Source of the DNA: Treponema sp.
GTDB taxonomy: Bacteria; Spirochaetota; Spirochaetia; Treponematales; Treponemataceae
Direction of reading: 5' to 3'
Assembly (NCBI GenBank): GCA_052173295.1
Contig: JBQMYW010000004.1
Span: 3,511-67,510 of the forward strand
DNA: 64,000 bases
Shown: piece after piece, positions 1-10,065 of the stretch
How the letters are laid out: each line of letters starts with the position of its first letter
Position numbering within the stretch: position 1 is the first letter of the stretch
Notes under the pieces: model-generated
Seen by the model: the letters and a program-made list of their open reading frames with translations, nothing else
Database searches by the model: none
What the model was told of the DNA's origin: nothing
Made by a program: the position numbers and the translations under genes

Positions 1-2343
1 AAAGTAGTAATCATTCAGCGACAAGGTATTTAAATCCGCTAAATTCCGCTTTACTGCAATCGAATCAAAGAAGAAATCAAAAGATAAAATACCATGTGCA
101 AGCGGCCAGCGGAATTCAGCCCAATGGTTTAAAAGTACATTTCCTCTTCCACTAGGACCTAATCCTATCCAGCCTTTTCCCGTAAAAACGCCATCTATTG
201 CTAATTTGCTATTTTCTCCAATAATGCTGTTCGGCATAGGTAATTGGAAACTAAAACCGCTATAGAATGCAAGTACAAACTTCAAATTCCAAATTTCCGA
301 AACGGGATAATCAACCAACGGTATATAGCCTTCTGCCTTTGTTTCCGAACGGAAAAAGTATTCATCTTCAATTTTCGGAAAAATACCGAAAAAAGAAACC
401 TGCTGACTAAGGAACCACCCCCTTGAGGGATCATACGCAAGATCGCGCCCGTCAAACGAAACACGCGACCACAATGAGTTGCTCAGTCCCCACCGTGCCT
501 GCTGTCTACGAACTGTTCTATCAGCAGGGCGGTAAATACCGGTATCATAAAAGTTTTTTACTAATGAAAAGTTAATACCGCCGCGTAGTGTTATTGTGCA
601 ATACCGCGGAAACCACCGGTACGCACTATGGATACCAAATGTTGTTTCCATTCGGTGGTACTGCATACGGTACGCATGGGCAAGCGACGGATTGGCAAGA
701 TACTCACTCCAAGAGGTATACGGATCAGGCGGTACGTCCTCTCCGCGCTTTGCGGCATCCAGTGCATCTTGGTCAGAAAAGATCGGAAACAACACATCTT
801 GATAGTCATATAACAGTTTATGCGTTAACGATAAATCAAAACCAAGCGTAATAGGAAGACCTAAAAACCAGTTATGTGTATAGCCTGTTTGGATTGTCTG
901 TGTATCAACACCGGCATTACCGCTAATAGAAAATTCATTTCCGCGGCCGAGAAAATTCCGTTCTTGCCATTGCACAAAAACTGAAAGCGGAAAACTTTCC
1001 GCATCAGAAACACCGGAGAATGCAACACCAAATTGCACATTAGCAGTTGACTGCTCTTCAACATTCAGTACCACATCAATGAGGTTTTGTTCTGAACCTT
1101 GTTGAAATTCAGGAACAACCGCAGAAAAATACCGCAAGTTAAAGAGGTTACGCAAGCTGTCGGTAAACTTTCCTTTTGAAAATACATCGCCCGGTTCTAG
1201 GAGAAGTTCACGGCGGATAACATAGGCTTGCGTTTTTTTATTTCCGCGTATGATAATATTTTCAATATGGCTTCGTTCCTGTTCTATAATTGAAATAAGA
1301 AAAGAAACTTGCTTTGTTGCTTCATCGCGGCGGATTGATTGATTAATATAGTTTGAAGTATAGCCGTTTTCAAAATAGGTATCAATGATTGCCTGATAAC
1401 CGCGTTCAAATTTTGTCATATTGAGTACTGCACCGCGGTTTAATTTAATATAAGATGTCAGTTCTTCTGTTGAAAAAATCCTGTTACCTTCAAGGATTAC
1501 ACCATCATAGGTATACTGTTCTCCCTCCATAATCACGTAAGTCAGCTGTACAATATTACGGCGGGGATCCGTTTCGGTATCAACTTCTTGGATAATGTTT
1601 TCAACATGAGCATCAATATAGCCGCGTTCACCGTAAAACCGCTGAATAGCAACCTTATCTTCTTCCAATGCTGCTTCTTTAAAAATACCTTTAATTAAAA
1701 AGCGGGTAGGCTTAGTTACAAGCACATTTTTTAATGCTTTATCACCTGCAATGGTATTTCCCTGAAAATGAACTGCAGAAATAACTGTTTGCTTTCCCTC
1801 ATCAATAATGTATTCAAGAATTACACCGCCTTTTGGATGATCAGACACAACGGCTTCAATTTTAGCAGAGGCATAACCTTTTTCAATATAAAAGTTTTTA
1901 AGCGTTTGCACATCGGCATTTTTTTTAATCTCATTATAAATATCATCTTTTTTCAAAATTGTTTTTGAAAGAATTTCTCCTTTCGAAACCTGCCGGCTGC
2001 CGGTAATTTTAATCAGACGGATTGCCGGTTTTTCTACTACATCGAACTCAAGCCGGACATAATGATAGCCGCTATCTGCCGGTACTGCATTAGGAACAAT
2101 ATCTGAAAAATAATCTAATGCATACAGTTTCTGCAAAATATCAGAATACAGCTCATCGGTAAACGGAGTTCCTTTGTAGGTTTCAAATATACCATCAATA
2201 TCTGCTCTGGCAACATTTTTTAAACCGCGGAACACAATCGCATTAATAGGTTTATTTTGATACCAGTTATCAGGCACTTGTGCATATACGGTACAAACCG
2301 CTAACAAACAACCTATTACTGCTGCAATACTTTTTTTTAACAT
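1..2343 (-). CDS. bamA: Outer membrane protein assembly factor BamA (3' end runs off the window)
   Basis: Missing from the ORF track because there is no stop in the window. Manual translation from ATG 2343 gives MLKKSIAAVIGCLLAVCTVYAQ (signal peptide), POTRA-like repeats (IIIRGNKKTQAYVIRRELLLEPGDVFS, NLFNLRYFSAV, DVVLNVEEQST) and a barrel start ERNFLGRG. Lies directly downstream of tamB. Confidence 0.93.
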   Translation of the reverse strand, partial: MLKKSIAAVIGCLLAVCTVYAQVPDNWYQNKPINAIVFRGLKNVARADIDGIFETYKGTPFTDELYSDILQKLYALDYFSDIVPNAVPADSGYHYVRLEFDVVEKPAIRLIKITGSRQVSKGEILSKTILKKDDIYNEIKKNADVQTLKNFYIEKGYASAKIEAVVSDHPKGGVILEYIIDEGKQTVISAVHFQGNTIAGDKALKNVLVTKPTRFLIKGIFKEAALEEDKVAIQRFYGERGYIDAHVENIIQEVDTETDPRRNIVQLTYVIMEGEQYTYDGVILEGNRIFSTEELTSYIKLNRGAVLNMTKFERGYQAIIDTYFENGYTSNYINQSIRRDEATKQVSFLISIIEQERSHIENIIIRGNKKTQAYVIRRELLLEPGDVFSKGKFTDSLRNLFNLRYFSAVVPEFQQGSEQNLIDVVLNVEEQSTANVQFGVAFSGVSDAESFPLSVFVQWQERNFLGRGNEFSISGNAGVDTQTIQTGYTHNWFLGLPITLGFDLSLTHKLLYDYQDVLFPIFSDQDALDAAKRGEDVPPDPYTSWSEYLANPSLAHAYRMQYHRMETTFGIHSAYRWFPRYCTITLRGGINFSLVKNFYDTGIYRPADRTVRRQQARWGLSNSLWSRVSFDGRDLAYDPSRGWFLSQQVSFFGIFPKIEDEYFFRSETKAEGYIPLVDYPVSEIWNLKFVLAFYSGFSFQLPMPNSIIGENSKLAIDGVFTGKGWIGLGPSGRGNVLLNHWAEFRWPLAHGILSFDFFFDSIAVKRNLADLNTLSLNDYYF

Positions 2344-2422
2344 TATCATCCTCTCTTTATGGATAAACACTGTAGGGCATCAGTGCCGATTCTACAATTT
2401 TATTTATGCCGGTATCACCGTG

Positions 2423-5400
2423 CTAATATGAATATTTCCACGACAATGTTACCGAAGCGTCACGGACAAATAACGTTTCAGGACGAGTCGGGGCAAGCGA
2501 CCATCTCATAAGAAAAAACGGAGTTGCCATTTCTAAACCTATTTCGGGCTGGAACAATATGTTCTTGTATACAGGACGTTTTGTCCCGTCATATTTCAAA
2601 GATTTCGGGTCGTAATAACTCAAATAAAGCAAAGCATCCGCATATATTGCAGAACCAAAATATTTCCCAATGTAAACACTTGTATTATCAAAATAGTTAC
2701 TAGGCTGCGGTACGGTTTCCTTATTCGTATTAAATAAATTGCCGAAAATCGCATTTTGAAGCAAGAGGGTTCTAAAAGAAAATGCATCTAACCCGAGGAA
2801 ATTCCGTATTTTTGTTTGCGATTTTTTAAAAATTCCGATTTGTGCCAATATATCCGAGCTGCTAACCAATAAATTCTGCCATACATTTTCTTTGTTTGTA
2901 CCGCCGATAACAACTTGTCCAAGCATTTGCATAATTTCCGATGAAGACCGCGGCGGATCGGAAATAAGGGTGGGGTTGAAATTTGACAACGGCTGATCTT
3001 TCGCTGTAAGAATAAGACGCAGCGGTTCTCCGTTTTCATCACGATCGCGAATTTCAGCACGCATAGTTATAAGCGGTTCAAAACTTCCCCCTACATCAAC
3101 AAAGTTGATATACCCCTCGCGGATATAGAAGTTCCGCTTTATATAGAATATTTCTCCTCCCCGCATTTTTACATTGCCTTTCATAGAGAATGTTCCGGAG
3201 GAACCGTCAACAGTGAGCGACAGGGGCGTTTCTGTAGGAATAAGGGTACGGAGAATAGGAATATCTGCAGACGGCCATAAAAATTCAGCCTTTCTTCCCA
3301 GTTTTAGATTGAGCTGCATATCAAAAACAGCACCGCCGCCTTTGTTAGCATATTTCGCATAAAACTTATCCATTTCAGTAAATTTAAATGCAAAATGCCC
3401 TTTATCAAAAGCCGCTGTACCGTACACGCCAATAAGTTTTGGGGTAATAAGTATTTCAGCATTACAGCCTGCAAGCCCGTCTGCCTTAAAAAGAAGATTA
3501 TCGGTTCGTACTACACCAAGTTTATCCTGCAGTGTTCCGCATTGAATAGATACAGTGTCCGGTATCCATTGGGTAAATTCAACGGTACAGCGTGCCCATA
3601 AATCCGCGGAAGGACCTTTCAAAATAACATAGGGGACTTCAAGCACTGTCCCATCGGCAAGAATATCTAAATTCACCGGTCCAAAAATTTCAGGAATATA
3701 ATCCGGAGAGTTGACTTTTATGTTTTTTCCTTGCAGCTTTCCGTTAAACTCAGGCTCAATAAGGTTTCCCCCTATATGGACATTGCCGGTTAGTTTACCG
3801 CTGTAGAAAAGTACATAATTTAAACCGGTAACATCCCATACCTGTTTTATGTCTGCATATAAATCACGTATGCTTAAATCCAATTTCTCCGGTTTTATAC
3901 TGCCGTCAAGGTTAAAATGAACCGGCAAAGTATCAGCGGCATGCAATGAAACAACACCGTCATTCAAAATAAAGCCGGTAATTTCTTCTTCTTGACCGGC
4001 ATACAATGCAGTAATGTCTTTTTCGCGTATAACTGACAGCGGAATGGGTTTTTCACCATGCAGATCGCCGAACTGCCAATTACTCACTGTTGTTGTTAGC
4101 GAAAATTCTTTAAACAAAGAGGGCAGCTGTGCCGCAAGAACCCGCAAAGAAGGGGCAGTATGTGCTTCCTGCTGCGGTGTTTGAACGGTACTCGGCAGTT
4201 CGGCTTGAGTATCTGTATGAGCGGTAAAAGCGGTTTCAATATGTGCCCGCAATTCTTTGGTAGGAATACTACCGCTATAATCTGCATGGATTAAGCCTTT
4301 CAGTTCTTCAAGTGAAAAAGAACCGCCGATATTATCAATACGGTGTTCTCCCCAAACTGCTTCGGTTTGCGATAAGGAAACAAGATAATTTTCAACCGTC
4401 AGATGTGTTTTTGCATGTAAATCTTTACCTTTTAAGAAAAAAGAAAAATCCGGTACTGTACACTCCGCAGTAATCCCCTCCGAAGTTACAGTAAATGCCA
4501 TATCCGCTGAAACAGTATGTTTTTTTCCCTGTGTATAGAAAAAACGCCGCAACCCGATATTTTCAGCATTCAGCCCGCCGCTGATATACAGTGTATCAGA
4601 AAGCTGAACAAGTGCAGATATAGTAAGATTTTCGGTAGCATCAGCAGAACTAAGCCGTATGTACCCTTGATATTCGTGCTCAAGACGTTCAGGATGCGGC
4701 ATCTGCAGCATAATAGTACCGTCAAGTGAATTTTCATCACTGCCGAGCCGGACTTTATGTAAAAAAAGTCCGGCAGGATCTATGCTGCCGGTAAAAGAAA
4801 GCCCTAATGCGGTATGTGTGAGGGCGGCGGGAGTTCCGTAATTCATACTGCCGCTATAAATATGAATCCCCCACTGATCCGGCGCTGCATAATCAAATTC
4901 TGCATCAAGCCCCACAAACAACGGCAGCAGGGGCAGGGGCATATCTGTTGCTTTGATAGAACCTTTGAAACCCGCATCTGAATCAAGAATTGCACTTACA
5001 GCAAACCCATAATCTCCATAAATATTCAAAATATTTTGAGCAAAAAAACCTTGAAACTGATAGCCGATTTCATTTGCGGCAAAAGAGCTTTCAAAAATAA
5101 TATCATTGAAGTTTTCAAACTCTGCATTAAAATATCCGCGTACCGACATAGTTTTATAGGCAACATCAATATCAGTAATCGAAAAAGATTTTTCAGACCC
5201 CTTTACCGACAAAAGTGCATAAAAATCGTCAATGCGGTTTGAAACTAAAACAAATTTAATACAGTTATAAGAAAAATGCTTAAAATCAGTAGAAATATAC
5301 AATTCAGTCGTGCATTGCAGCGGCTCAAGCATTTCCGGTTTAACACCCGGTATCGGCTGAATTGTTTGAATCAAGTCATACATATTTTTAATATTTACCG

Positions 5401-6901
5401 CGTCAAGGGCAATATGCAGCTCTAAAAACTGCGGCTTAAGATGAGCAGGATCGTCAGATAAAAGGCAGGAGCCATCAAACGAGTACTGCCCGTAGCCGTC
5501 TTCACCGGAAAAAAGAAAATCTATTTTCCGTGAAGATGGGTTAATCGTAAAACTAATGTCCTTCATAACAGCTTTCCCTGCCCGAAGTACGGGAATGCTG
5601 CAATGCAATAAGCCGTTGCGTTCAGCAAACCGGATATTTGCAGCAACTTTTTGTCCTGACGGAAGCTGCAGCGAGTTAATAGCTAATGTTCCCGATGGGA
5701 TTTTCTTTTTAAGATCGAAGTGCAGCTTTGACAGTAAATCAATATCATTCCCTTTAAGAGCAAGCTGTGCAATGTCAATAACATTGTCATTACCAGCCGC
5801 TGCAAATTGCAGTTTTGTCTTGCTGAGCCGGTAGTTTGCAAGGGTAATATCCGGCAAAACTACAGAAGTATCGGTATCCCATGACAGTTTTTTATTTTCC
5901 AGCGAAAAATGCACACCGCCGGATATATTCAAATCGCGAAACTGCTCAAGCTCTTTTGGAACAGAGTATAGCTGAACCCATTGCAGCGGCAGAAAATCCT
6001 TGCACTGAAAGCTGCCGGATAGCACCTTCGACTCTATATTCCACTTCACACTGGCATCAAGAGGCTGGAAATCCTGCACAGTATTGACGGAAACCACCGA
6101 ATCGCGATAACCGACAAAAAGCTTCATATTGTCAATCCCTACCTGCGGTGTTGTACACTGTGCAATATTGACACTACAGGAACCCGCAGAAAGGTCTTTT
6201 TCAAATTTTCCTTCAATATTAAAAGTTGTTTCAAACGGAGTATACGCTGCATACTGGGTGTGTTGATATGAAGCAGATGCATTAAGTCCGAATGTTACAG
6301 AGTCAGAGTTCACACTGCATAGTCCATCTCTAATATGGACAGAAGCATCCTGTGCGGTGTCTTTGTACCGCAGATACACGTTTTGTATAAAAATATCAAA
6401 CGGTTCAAGCTCTTTGGAAGAAAAAAACGATTCAGCTGCTTTTTTTATATCAGAAGAATCAGCGGGAGGAGCAGTTGTAGGATTTTTCCCTCCTGTACCG
6501 GCGGAAAACTGTGCAATAAGTTTTTCATTTTGCAGCATATCAACGGTAATAAAACCATTTTTTACCGTAAAAGAATGCAGCACTGCCGGTATTTTACCCG
6601 TTATCAAAGCAAAAAAACGATACTGCACGGTAATGGTTTCAAACACAGCAAGCTCGCTGCCTGTTTCAGCATTATATATTTTGATATTACGGAGCGAAAA
6701 CGCTCTAAAAATCGAGGGCGAAAGTGATGTATATGAAATTTTTAGCCCGTATACCGTTTCTATTTCCTGAATAAGTACATCACGCACAGCGGAAATTTTT
6801 TTTTCGAGAATCCGCACAAAAGGAATAAACACCAGAAATGAGAAAATAATAATAAAAAATAAAATTACCAATTCTATTTTATAACGTGCAGATTGCTTCA
6901 T
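2423..6901 (-). CDS. tamB: Translocation/assembly module TamB-like protein
   Basis: 1492 aa with an N-terminal membrane anchor, beta-rich body and C-terminal DUF490-like region (LISDPPRSSSEIMQML...VTLSWKYSY). Adjacent to bamA, as in other spirochetes. Confidence 0.8.
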   Translation of the reverse strand: MKQSARYKIELVILFFIIIFSFLVFIPFVRILEKKISAVRDVLIQEIETVYGLKISYTSLSPSIFRAFSLRNIKIYNAETGSELAVFETITVQYRFFALITGKIPAVLHSFTVKNGFITVDMLQNEKLIAQFSAGTGGKNPTTAPPADSSDIKKAAESFFSSKELEPFDIFIQNVYLRYKDTAQDASVHIRDGLCSVNSDSVTFGLNASASYQHTQYAAYTPFETTFNIEGKFEKDLSAGSCSVNIAQCTTPQVGIDNMKLFVGYRDSVVSVNTVQDFQPLDASVKWNIESKVLSGSFQCKDFLPLQWVQLYSVPKELEQFRDLNISGGVHFSLENKKLSWDTDTSVVLPDITLANYRLSKTKLQFAAAGNDNVIDIAQLALKGNDIDLLSKLHFDLKKKIPSGTLAINSLQLPSGQKVAANIRFAERNGLLHCSIPVLRAGKAVMKDISFTINPSSRKIDFLFSGEDGYGQYSFDGSCLLSDDPAHLKPQFLELHIALDAVNIKNMYDLIQTIQPIPGVKPEMLEPLQCTTELYISTDFKHFSYNCIKFVLVSNRIDDFYALLSVKGSEKSFSITDIDVAYKTMSVRGYFNAEFENFNDIIFESSFAANEIGYQFQGFFAQNILNIYGDYGFAVSAILDSDAGFKGSIKATDMPLPLLPLFVGLDAEFDYAAPDQWGIHIYSGSMNYGTPAALTHTALGLSFTGSIDPAGLFLHKVRLGSDENSLDGTIMLQMPHPERLEHEYQGYIRLSSADATENLTISALVQLSDTLYISGGLNAENIGLRRFFYTQGKKHTVSADMAFTVTSEGITAECTVPDFSFFLKGKDLHAKTHLTVENYLVSLSQTEAVWGEHRIDNIGGSFSLEELKGLIHADYSGSIPTKELRAHIETAFTAHTDTQAELPSTVQTPQQEAHTAPSLRVLAAQLPSLFKEFSLTTTVSNWQFGDLHGEKPIPLSVIREKDITALYAGQEEEITGFILNDGVVSLHAADTLPVHFNLDGSIKPEKLDLSIRDLYADIKQVWDVTGLNYVLFYSGKLTGNVHIGGNLIEPEFNGKLQGKNIKVNSPDYIPEIFGPVNLDILADGTVLEVPYVILKGPSADLWARCTVEFTQWIPDTVSIQCGTLQDKLGVVRTDNLLFKADGLAGCNAEILITPKLIGVYGTAAFDKGHFAFKFTEMDKFYAKYANKGGGAVFDMQLNLKLGRKAEFLWPSADIPILRTLIPTETPLSLTVDGSSGTFSMKGNVKMRGGEIFYIKRNFYIREGYINFVDVGGSFEPLITMRAEIRDRDENGEPLRLILTAKDQPLSNFNPTLISDPPRSSSEIMQMLGQVVIGGTNKENVWQNLLVSSSDILAQIGIFKKSQTKIRNFLGLDAFSFRTLLLQNAIFGNLFNTNKETVPQPSNYFDNTSVYIGKYFGSAIYADALLYLSYYDPKSLKYDGTKRPVYKNILFQPEIGLEMATPFFLMRWSLAPTRPETLFVRDASVTLSWKYSY

Positions 6902-6945
6902 TGAGGTGCTATTATATCAAAAAAAAAATTGTTATGATAGCAGTT

Positions 6946-7575
6946 ATGATTTTGAAAAATTTTATTGTATTTGAAGGATTAGACGGAACCGGTACTACCA
7001 GTCAACTACGGTTACTGCAAGAATCGTTTACGGCAGCAGGTAAACAAGAGCAGGTGTATTTTACAGCGGAACCTACCGGCAGCGTGATTGGAAAAATGAT
7101 TCGGGAAGCATTATCAGGCAGCAGCATACTCGACCAAAAAACAATTGCCTATTTGTTCGGAGCAGACCGCTGTGAACATATATACGGTAAGGGCGGCATT
7201 CTTGAACAGCTTAATGACGGCAAGGCAGTATTTTCCGACCGCTATTTGTTTTCAAGCTTAGCGTATCAGGGGCTTAGTGCAGGAGAAGACCTTGCCGCCG
7301 GAATAAACGGCAGGTTCCCGCTGCCCGAATATGTATTTTTCTTTGATCTTCCGGCACAGACGGCAATGCAGCGGATTGCAAAACGCGATATTCCCCGCGA
7401 GATTTATGAAAAAGAAACCTTTCAGGCACAGGTAGCGGACGCATACACCCGTATTTTTTCACAGTATCGGGCAGCAGCTCCGCAAATGCAGATTATTACT
7501 ATCAATGCCGCCGGTACTATCGAGGAAATTCATAAAAAGATATGGAGTATTGTACAAAAACTGCCGACACTGTAA
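6946..7575 (+). CDS. tmk: Thymidylate kinase
   Basis: FIVFEGLDGTGTTSQ P-loop, TAEPTG, ADR and DRYLFSSLAYQG motifs. Start moved to ATG 6946. Confidence 0.93.
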   Translation: MILKNFIVFEGLDGTGTTSQLRLLQESFTAAGKQEQVYFTAEPTGSVIGKMIREALSGSSILDQKTIAYLFGADRCEHIYGKGGILEQLNDGKAVFSDRYLFSSLAYQGLSAGEDLAAGINGRFPLPEYVFFFDLPAQTAMQRIAKRDIPREIYEKETFQAQVADAYTRIFSQYRAAAPQMQIITINAAGTIEEIHKKIWSIVQKLPTL

Positions 7576-7578
7576 CAG

Positions 7579-8187
7579 ATGAAACGTCTATTTTCTTGTA
7601 TCAGCCTTATAGTATTCTCATTGTATGCAGGTGTTCAAACGTATGCATATTTTGTACAGTACAAAGAACAATATTATAAGCTGTACCACATTCATTATAA
7701 GCAATACCCGGACGATACCCTCGAAAATATTTACTGGCTTGAAAAAGCAATTTCTGCTGATTTTTGTAATCCGCTTTATGCCTTGGGAAAAATAACAGAT
7801 AAAAAAGAGTGGGAAAAATACCGCTATCTGTTTATGATGCACTTAAATTTGAAAATGGTTGAACAGCATCTGCGTCTTGGCGTGAAATACGATAAGCAAG
7901 TTGCATACTTTTATAATGAGCCGTGGAAAGAACAGAATATCGAAAGTCTCAAAATTGCAGAAGAATGCTATCAAACAGCTCTTTTTTATTGGAAAGAAGC
8001 AGCACTATGGGCAGAAAAAGCAAATGTTAAGCAGTTTCAATTTTTATTTTTGCAGGATTTACAGCATTGGGAAGATGAACGCGAAAGAATTGTACAGAAA
8101 GATTTAAATTATGAGCGGATTATAACCCGTGAACTTGAACGTCTTGATGCTGTCCGTAAAGATTTTATGTCAATGGAACCGTTTTAA
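7579..8187 (+). CDS. Hypothetical exported alpha-helical protein
   Basis: 202-aa ORF with a signal-peptide-like N-terminus, starting 3 nt after the tmk stop. Confidence 0.7.
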   Translation: MKRLFSCISLIVFSLYAGVQTYAYFVQYKEQYYKLYHIHYKQYPDDTLENIYWLEKAISADFCNPLYALGKITDKKEWEKYRYLFMMHLNLKMVEQHLRLGVKYDKQVAYFYNEPWKEQNIESLKIAEECYQTALFYWKEAALWAEKANVKQFQFLFLQDLQHWEDERERIVQKDLNYERIITRELERLDAVRKDFMSMEPF

Positions 8188-8208
8188 AAATGAAAGTGCA
8201 AAGGTAAC

Positions 8209-8246
8209 TAGACCTATTTGGAAACTTTCGTTTCTGAATAGGTCTA
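8209..8246. repeat. REP/MITE-like palindrome, family A
   Basis: TAGACCTATTTGGAAACTTTCGTTTCTGAATAGGTCTA, 38 bp, TA-bounded inverted repeat. Confidence 0.85.
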
Positions 8247-8276
8247 TTGACAAAAAATATATTTTTATGATAGTAT
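8247..8276 (+). promoter_or_regulatory. Sigma70 promoter for tRNA-Gln/tRNA-Glu
   Basis: TTGACA (8247-8252), 18-nt spacer, TG-extended TAGTAT (8271-8276), about 15 nt before the tRNA. Confidence 0.7.
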
Positions 8277-8291
8277 TTATTCTATCAGCTT

Positions 8292-8362
8292 TCCCCGGTT
8301 GTGTAATGGTAGCACCGCAGATTCTGGTTCTGCTTGTGGGGGTTCGAATCCTCCCTGGGGAA
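8292..8362 (+). tRNA. tRNA-Gln(CTG)
   Basis: Cloverleaf: acceptor TCCCCGG/CTGGGGA, anticodon arm GCAGA-TT-CTG-GT-TCTGC, T-loop GGTTCGAATCC. Confidence 0.95.
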
Positions 8363-8386
8363 TATAATTATCACCATAGTCTTTTA

Positions 8387-8458
8387 GGTCCCTTCGTCTA
8401 TCGGTTAGGACATGAGATTCTCAATCTTAAAAGACGGGTTCGATTCCCGTAGGGACCG
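8387..8458 (+). tRNA. tRNA-Glu(CTC)
   Basis: Acceptor GGTCCCT/AGGGACC, anticodon arm TGAGA-TT-CTC-AA-TCTTA, T-loop GGTTCGATTCC. Confidence 0.95.
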
Positions 8459-8618
8459 TCTGTATATCTTTCAATATTCTCTTATAAATCTACACCGCAT
8501 ATATAAACTAAAATAGTATGTAACGAATTTATTGGACGAATCTATTTTTCATACCCCATAAGGCATTACTGGTACTCTTATTTTCACGATGAAGCCCTGC
8601 TGACCCACCGATTAATTA

Positions 8619-8658
8619 TTGACAAAATAGTAAATATTCCATAGTATAACAGCATTAT
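8619..8658 (+). promoter_or_regulatory. Sigma70 promoter and candidate TetR operator for the ECF operon
   Basis: TTGACA-17-TAGTAT, then imperfect palindrome ATAACAGCATTAT (8646-8658). SD AGGAGG at 8680-8685. Confidence 0.65.
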
Positions 8659-8692
8659 GTTTCCTTTAGATAACTTTTAAGGAGGTTGTTTA

Positions 8693-9271
8693 ATGAATAA
8701 GTTAGCTTTAAAGGATTTGATAAATATCGGCATTTTTTCTGTTATTTATTTTGTCGGACTTTTTGTGGTTGGAACACCGCTCGGGTTTTTAGTGGTAACC
8801 TATTTGCTCTTCCCTTTTGCAGTAAGTATTGTATTAGGAATCGCATCAATGTTTTTACTTGCAAAAGTGCAAAAACCGCTTGGTCTTTTCATTTACGCAG
8901 CATTCCCCGGCTGCCTTATGACGCTTATGGGACATACACCGGTTGTTGCGATTCATACACTTATTGTTGCTGCCATTGCAGAAATTGTACGTAAAGTGTT
9001 GGGGTATAATACAGTAAAAGGCAGTATTGCAGGCTATTCAATCATGTCTTTATGGCTGTGCGGTGCATTCTGGCAGATATTCATTTTAAAAGATCAGTAT
9101 TTTGCACTTACCGAAAAAATGATGGGAACTGCGTATGCAACAGAGCTAACCGCACTTCCCTTGTGGATTATGCCGGTACTCTATGGCACTGCCTTTGCAG
9201 GCGGATTGCTCGGCGGGCTTTTGGGTAAAAAAGTTTTGAAGAAACACTTTGAAAAAGCAGGACTTGTTTAG
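8693..9271 (+). CDS. ECF transporter S component, MptD family
   Basis: 192-aa membrane protein with the family-typical N-terminus KDLINIGIFSVIYF and C-terminus GGLLGKKVLKKHFEKAGLV. Confidence 0.85.
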   Translation: MNKLALKDLINIGIFSVIYFVGLFVVGTPLGFLVVTYLLFPFAVSIVLGIASMFLLAKVQKPLGLFIYAAFPGCLMTLMGHTPVVAIHTLIVAAIAEIVRKVLGYNTVKGSIAGYSIMSLWLCGAFWQIFILKDQYFALTEKMMGTAYATELTALPLWIMPVLYGTAFAGGLLGGLLGKKVLKKHFEKAGLV

Positions 9272-9275
9272 TTAA

Positions 9276-9313
9276 TAGAACTGTTCAGAAACGAAAGTTT
9301 CCGAACAGTTCTA
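9276..9313. repeat. REP/MITE-like palindrome, family A
   Basis: TAGAACTGTTCAGAAACGAAAGTTTCCGAACAGTTCTA, 38 bp. Its reverse complement shares the core GGAAACTTTCGTTTCTGAA with the 8209 copy. Confidence 0.85.
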
Positions 9314-9360
9314 TTAATTGTAATGACTTCGTGCGGCAGGGCAAAAAAGGAATGTTTTTA

Positions 9361-10065
9361 ATGAATAACCATGCAATAGTAATTCTTGATCCGCGGACAA
9401 AATTATTTTTAGTGTTGGCAATGTGTGTGTCGATAACTATTCCCGTGCCTATTTATGTAGAAATTTTAAGTGCAGCATTGCTCGCATTTTTATTTGCAAC
9501 AAATGGGCAGCTAAGATCAGCGATGAAATTAATGGCTGTTTTTTTAATTCTTGCAGCACTGACGTATTTACCGCAAGACCTGCCCGGTGTGTCAACTATT
9601 GTATTGCCGGTCGATTTTATGATACGCCGTTTTATGATGCCGATTGTAGCAGGCAATTATCTTATTGCGTCAACACCTGTCGGCATTTTAATGAACGCAC
9701 TCGAGAAGCTCAAACTTCCGTATTCGCTTGTTATTACCGTTGCAGTTATGTTCCGCTTTTTCCCGACGCTGAAAGAAGAAGCAGGGCATATTAAAAATGC
9801 TATGAAAATGCGGGGAATAGGATTAAATGCTGGAAATATTATTTGTAAACCGCTTTTAACGCTTGAGTATGTAATGGTACCGCTGCTGTCTTCTGCTTCG
9901 AGGATTGGAGATGAACTTGCTGCAGCAGGGCATACTAAAGGGGTAGATGCTCCGGTAAAAAAGATACGGTATAAAACTTCCCGCTTTACCGCAGGAGATG
10001 TTATTATTTTTTCTTATATTGCAGCGGTATTTATCGCTGCCGTATTGACGAGGATGTACGCATAA
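9361..10065 (+). CDS. ECF transporter transmembrane component T (EcfT/CbiQ family)
   Basis: LDPRTKL, MFRFFPTL and AMKMRG motifs. Start could also be 9352. Confidence 0.88.
   Translation: MNNHAIVILDPRTKLFLVLAMCVSITIPVPIYVEILSAALLAFLFATNGQLRSAMKLMAVFLILAALTYLPQDLPGVSTIVLPVDFMIRRFMMPIVAGNYLIASTPVGILMNALEKLKLPYSLVITVAVMFRFFPTLKEEAGHIKNAMKMRGIGLNAGNIICKPLLTLEYVMVPLLSSASRIGDELAAAGHTKGVDAPVKKIRYKTSRFTAGDVIIFSYIAAVFIAAVLTRMYA

Noticed and set aside
244..1968. Short ORFs listed in the track between 244 and 1968
   Set aside because: They overlap bamA in other frames or on the opposite strand; bamA was missed only because it lacks a stop in the window.
8129..8452. 107-aa ORF
   Set aside because: Spans a repeat, a promoter and two tRNA genes; not protein-like.
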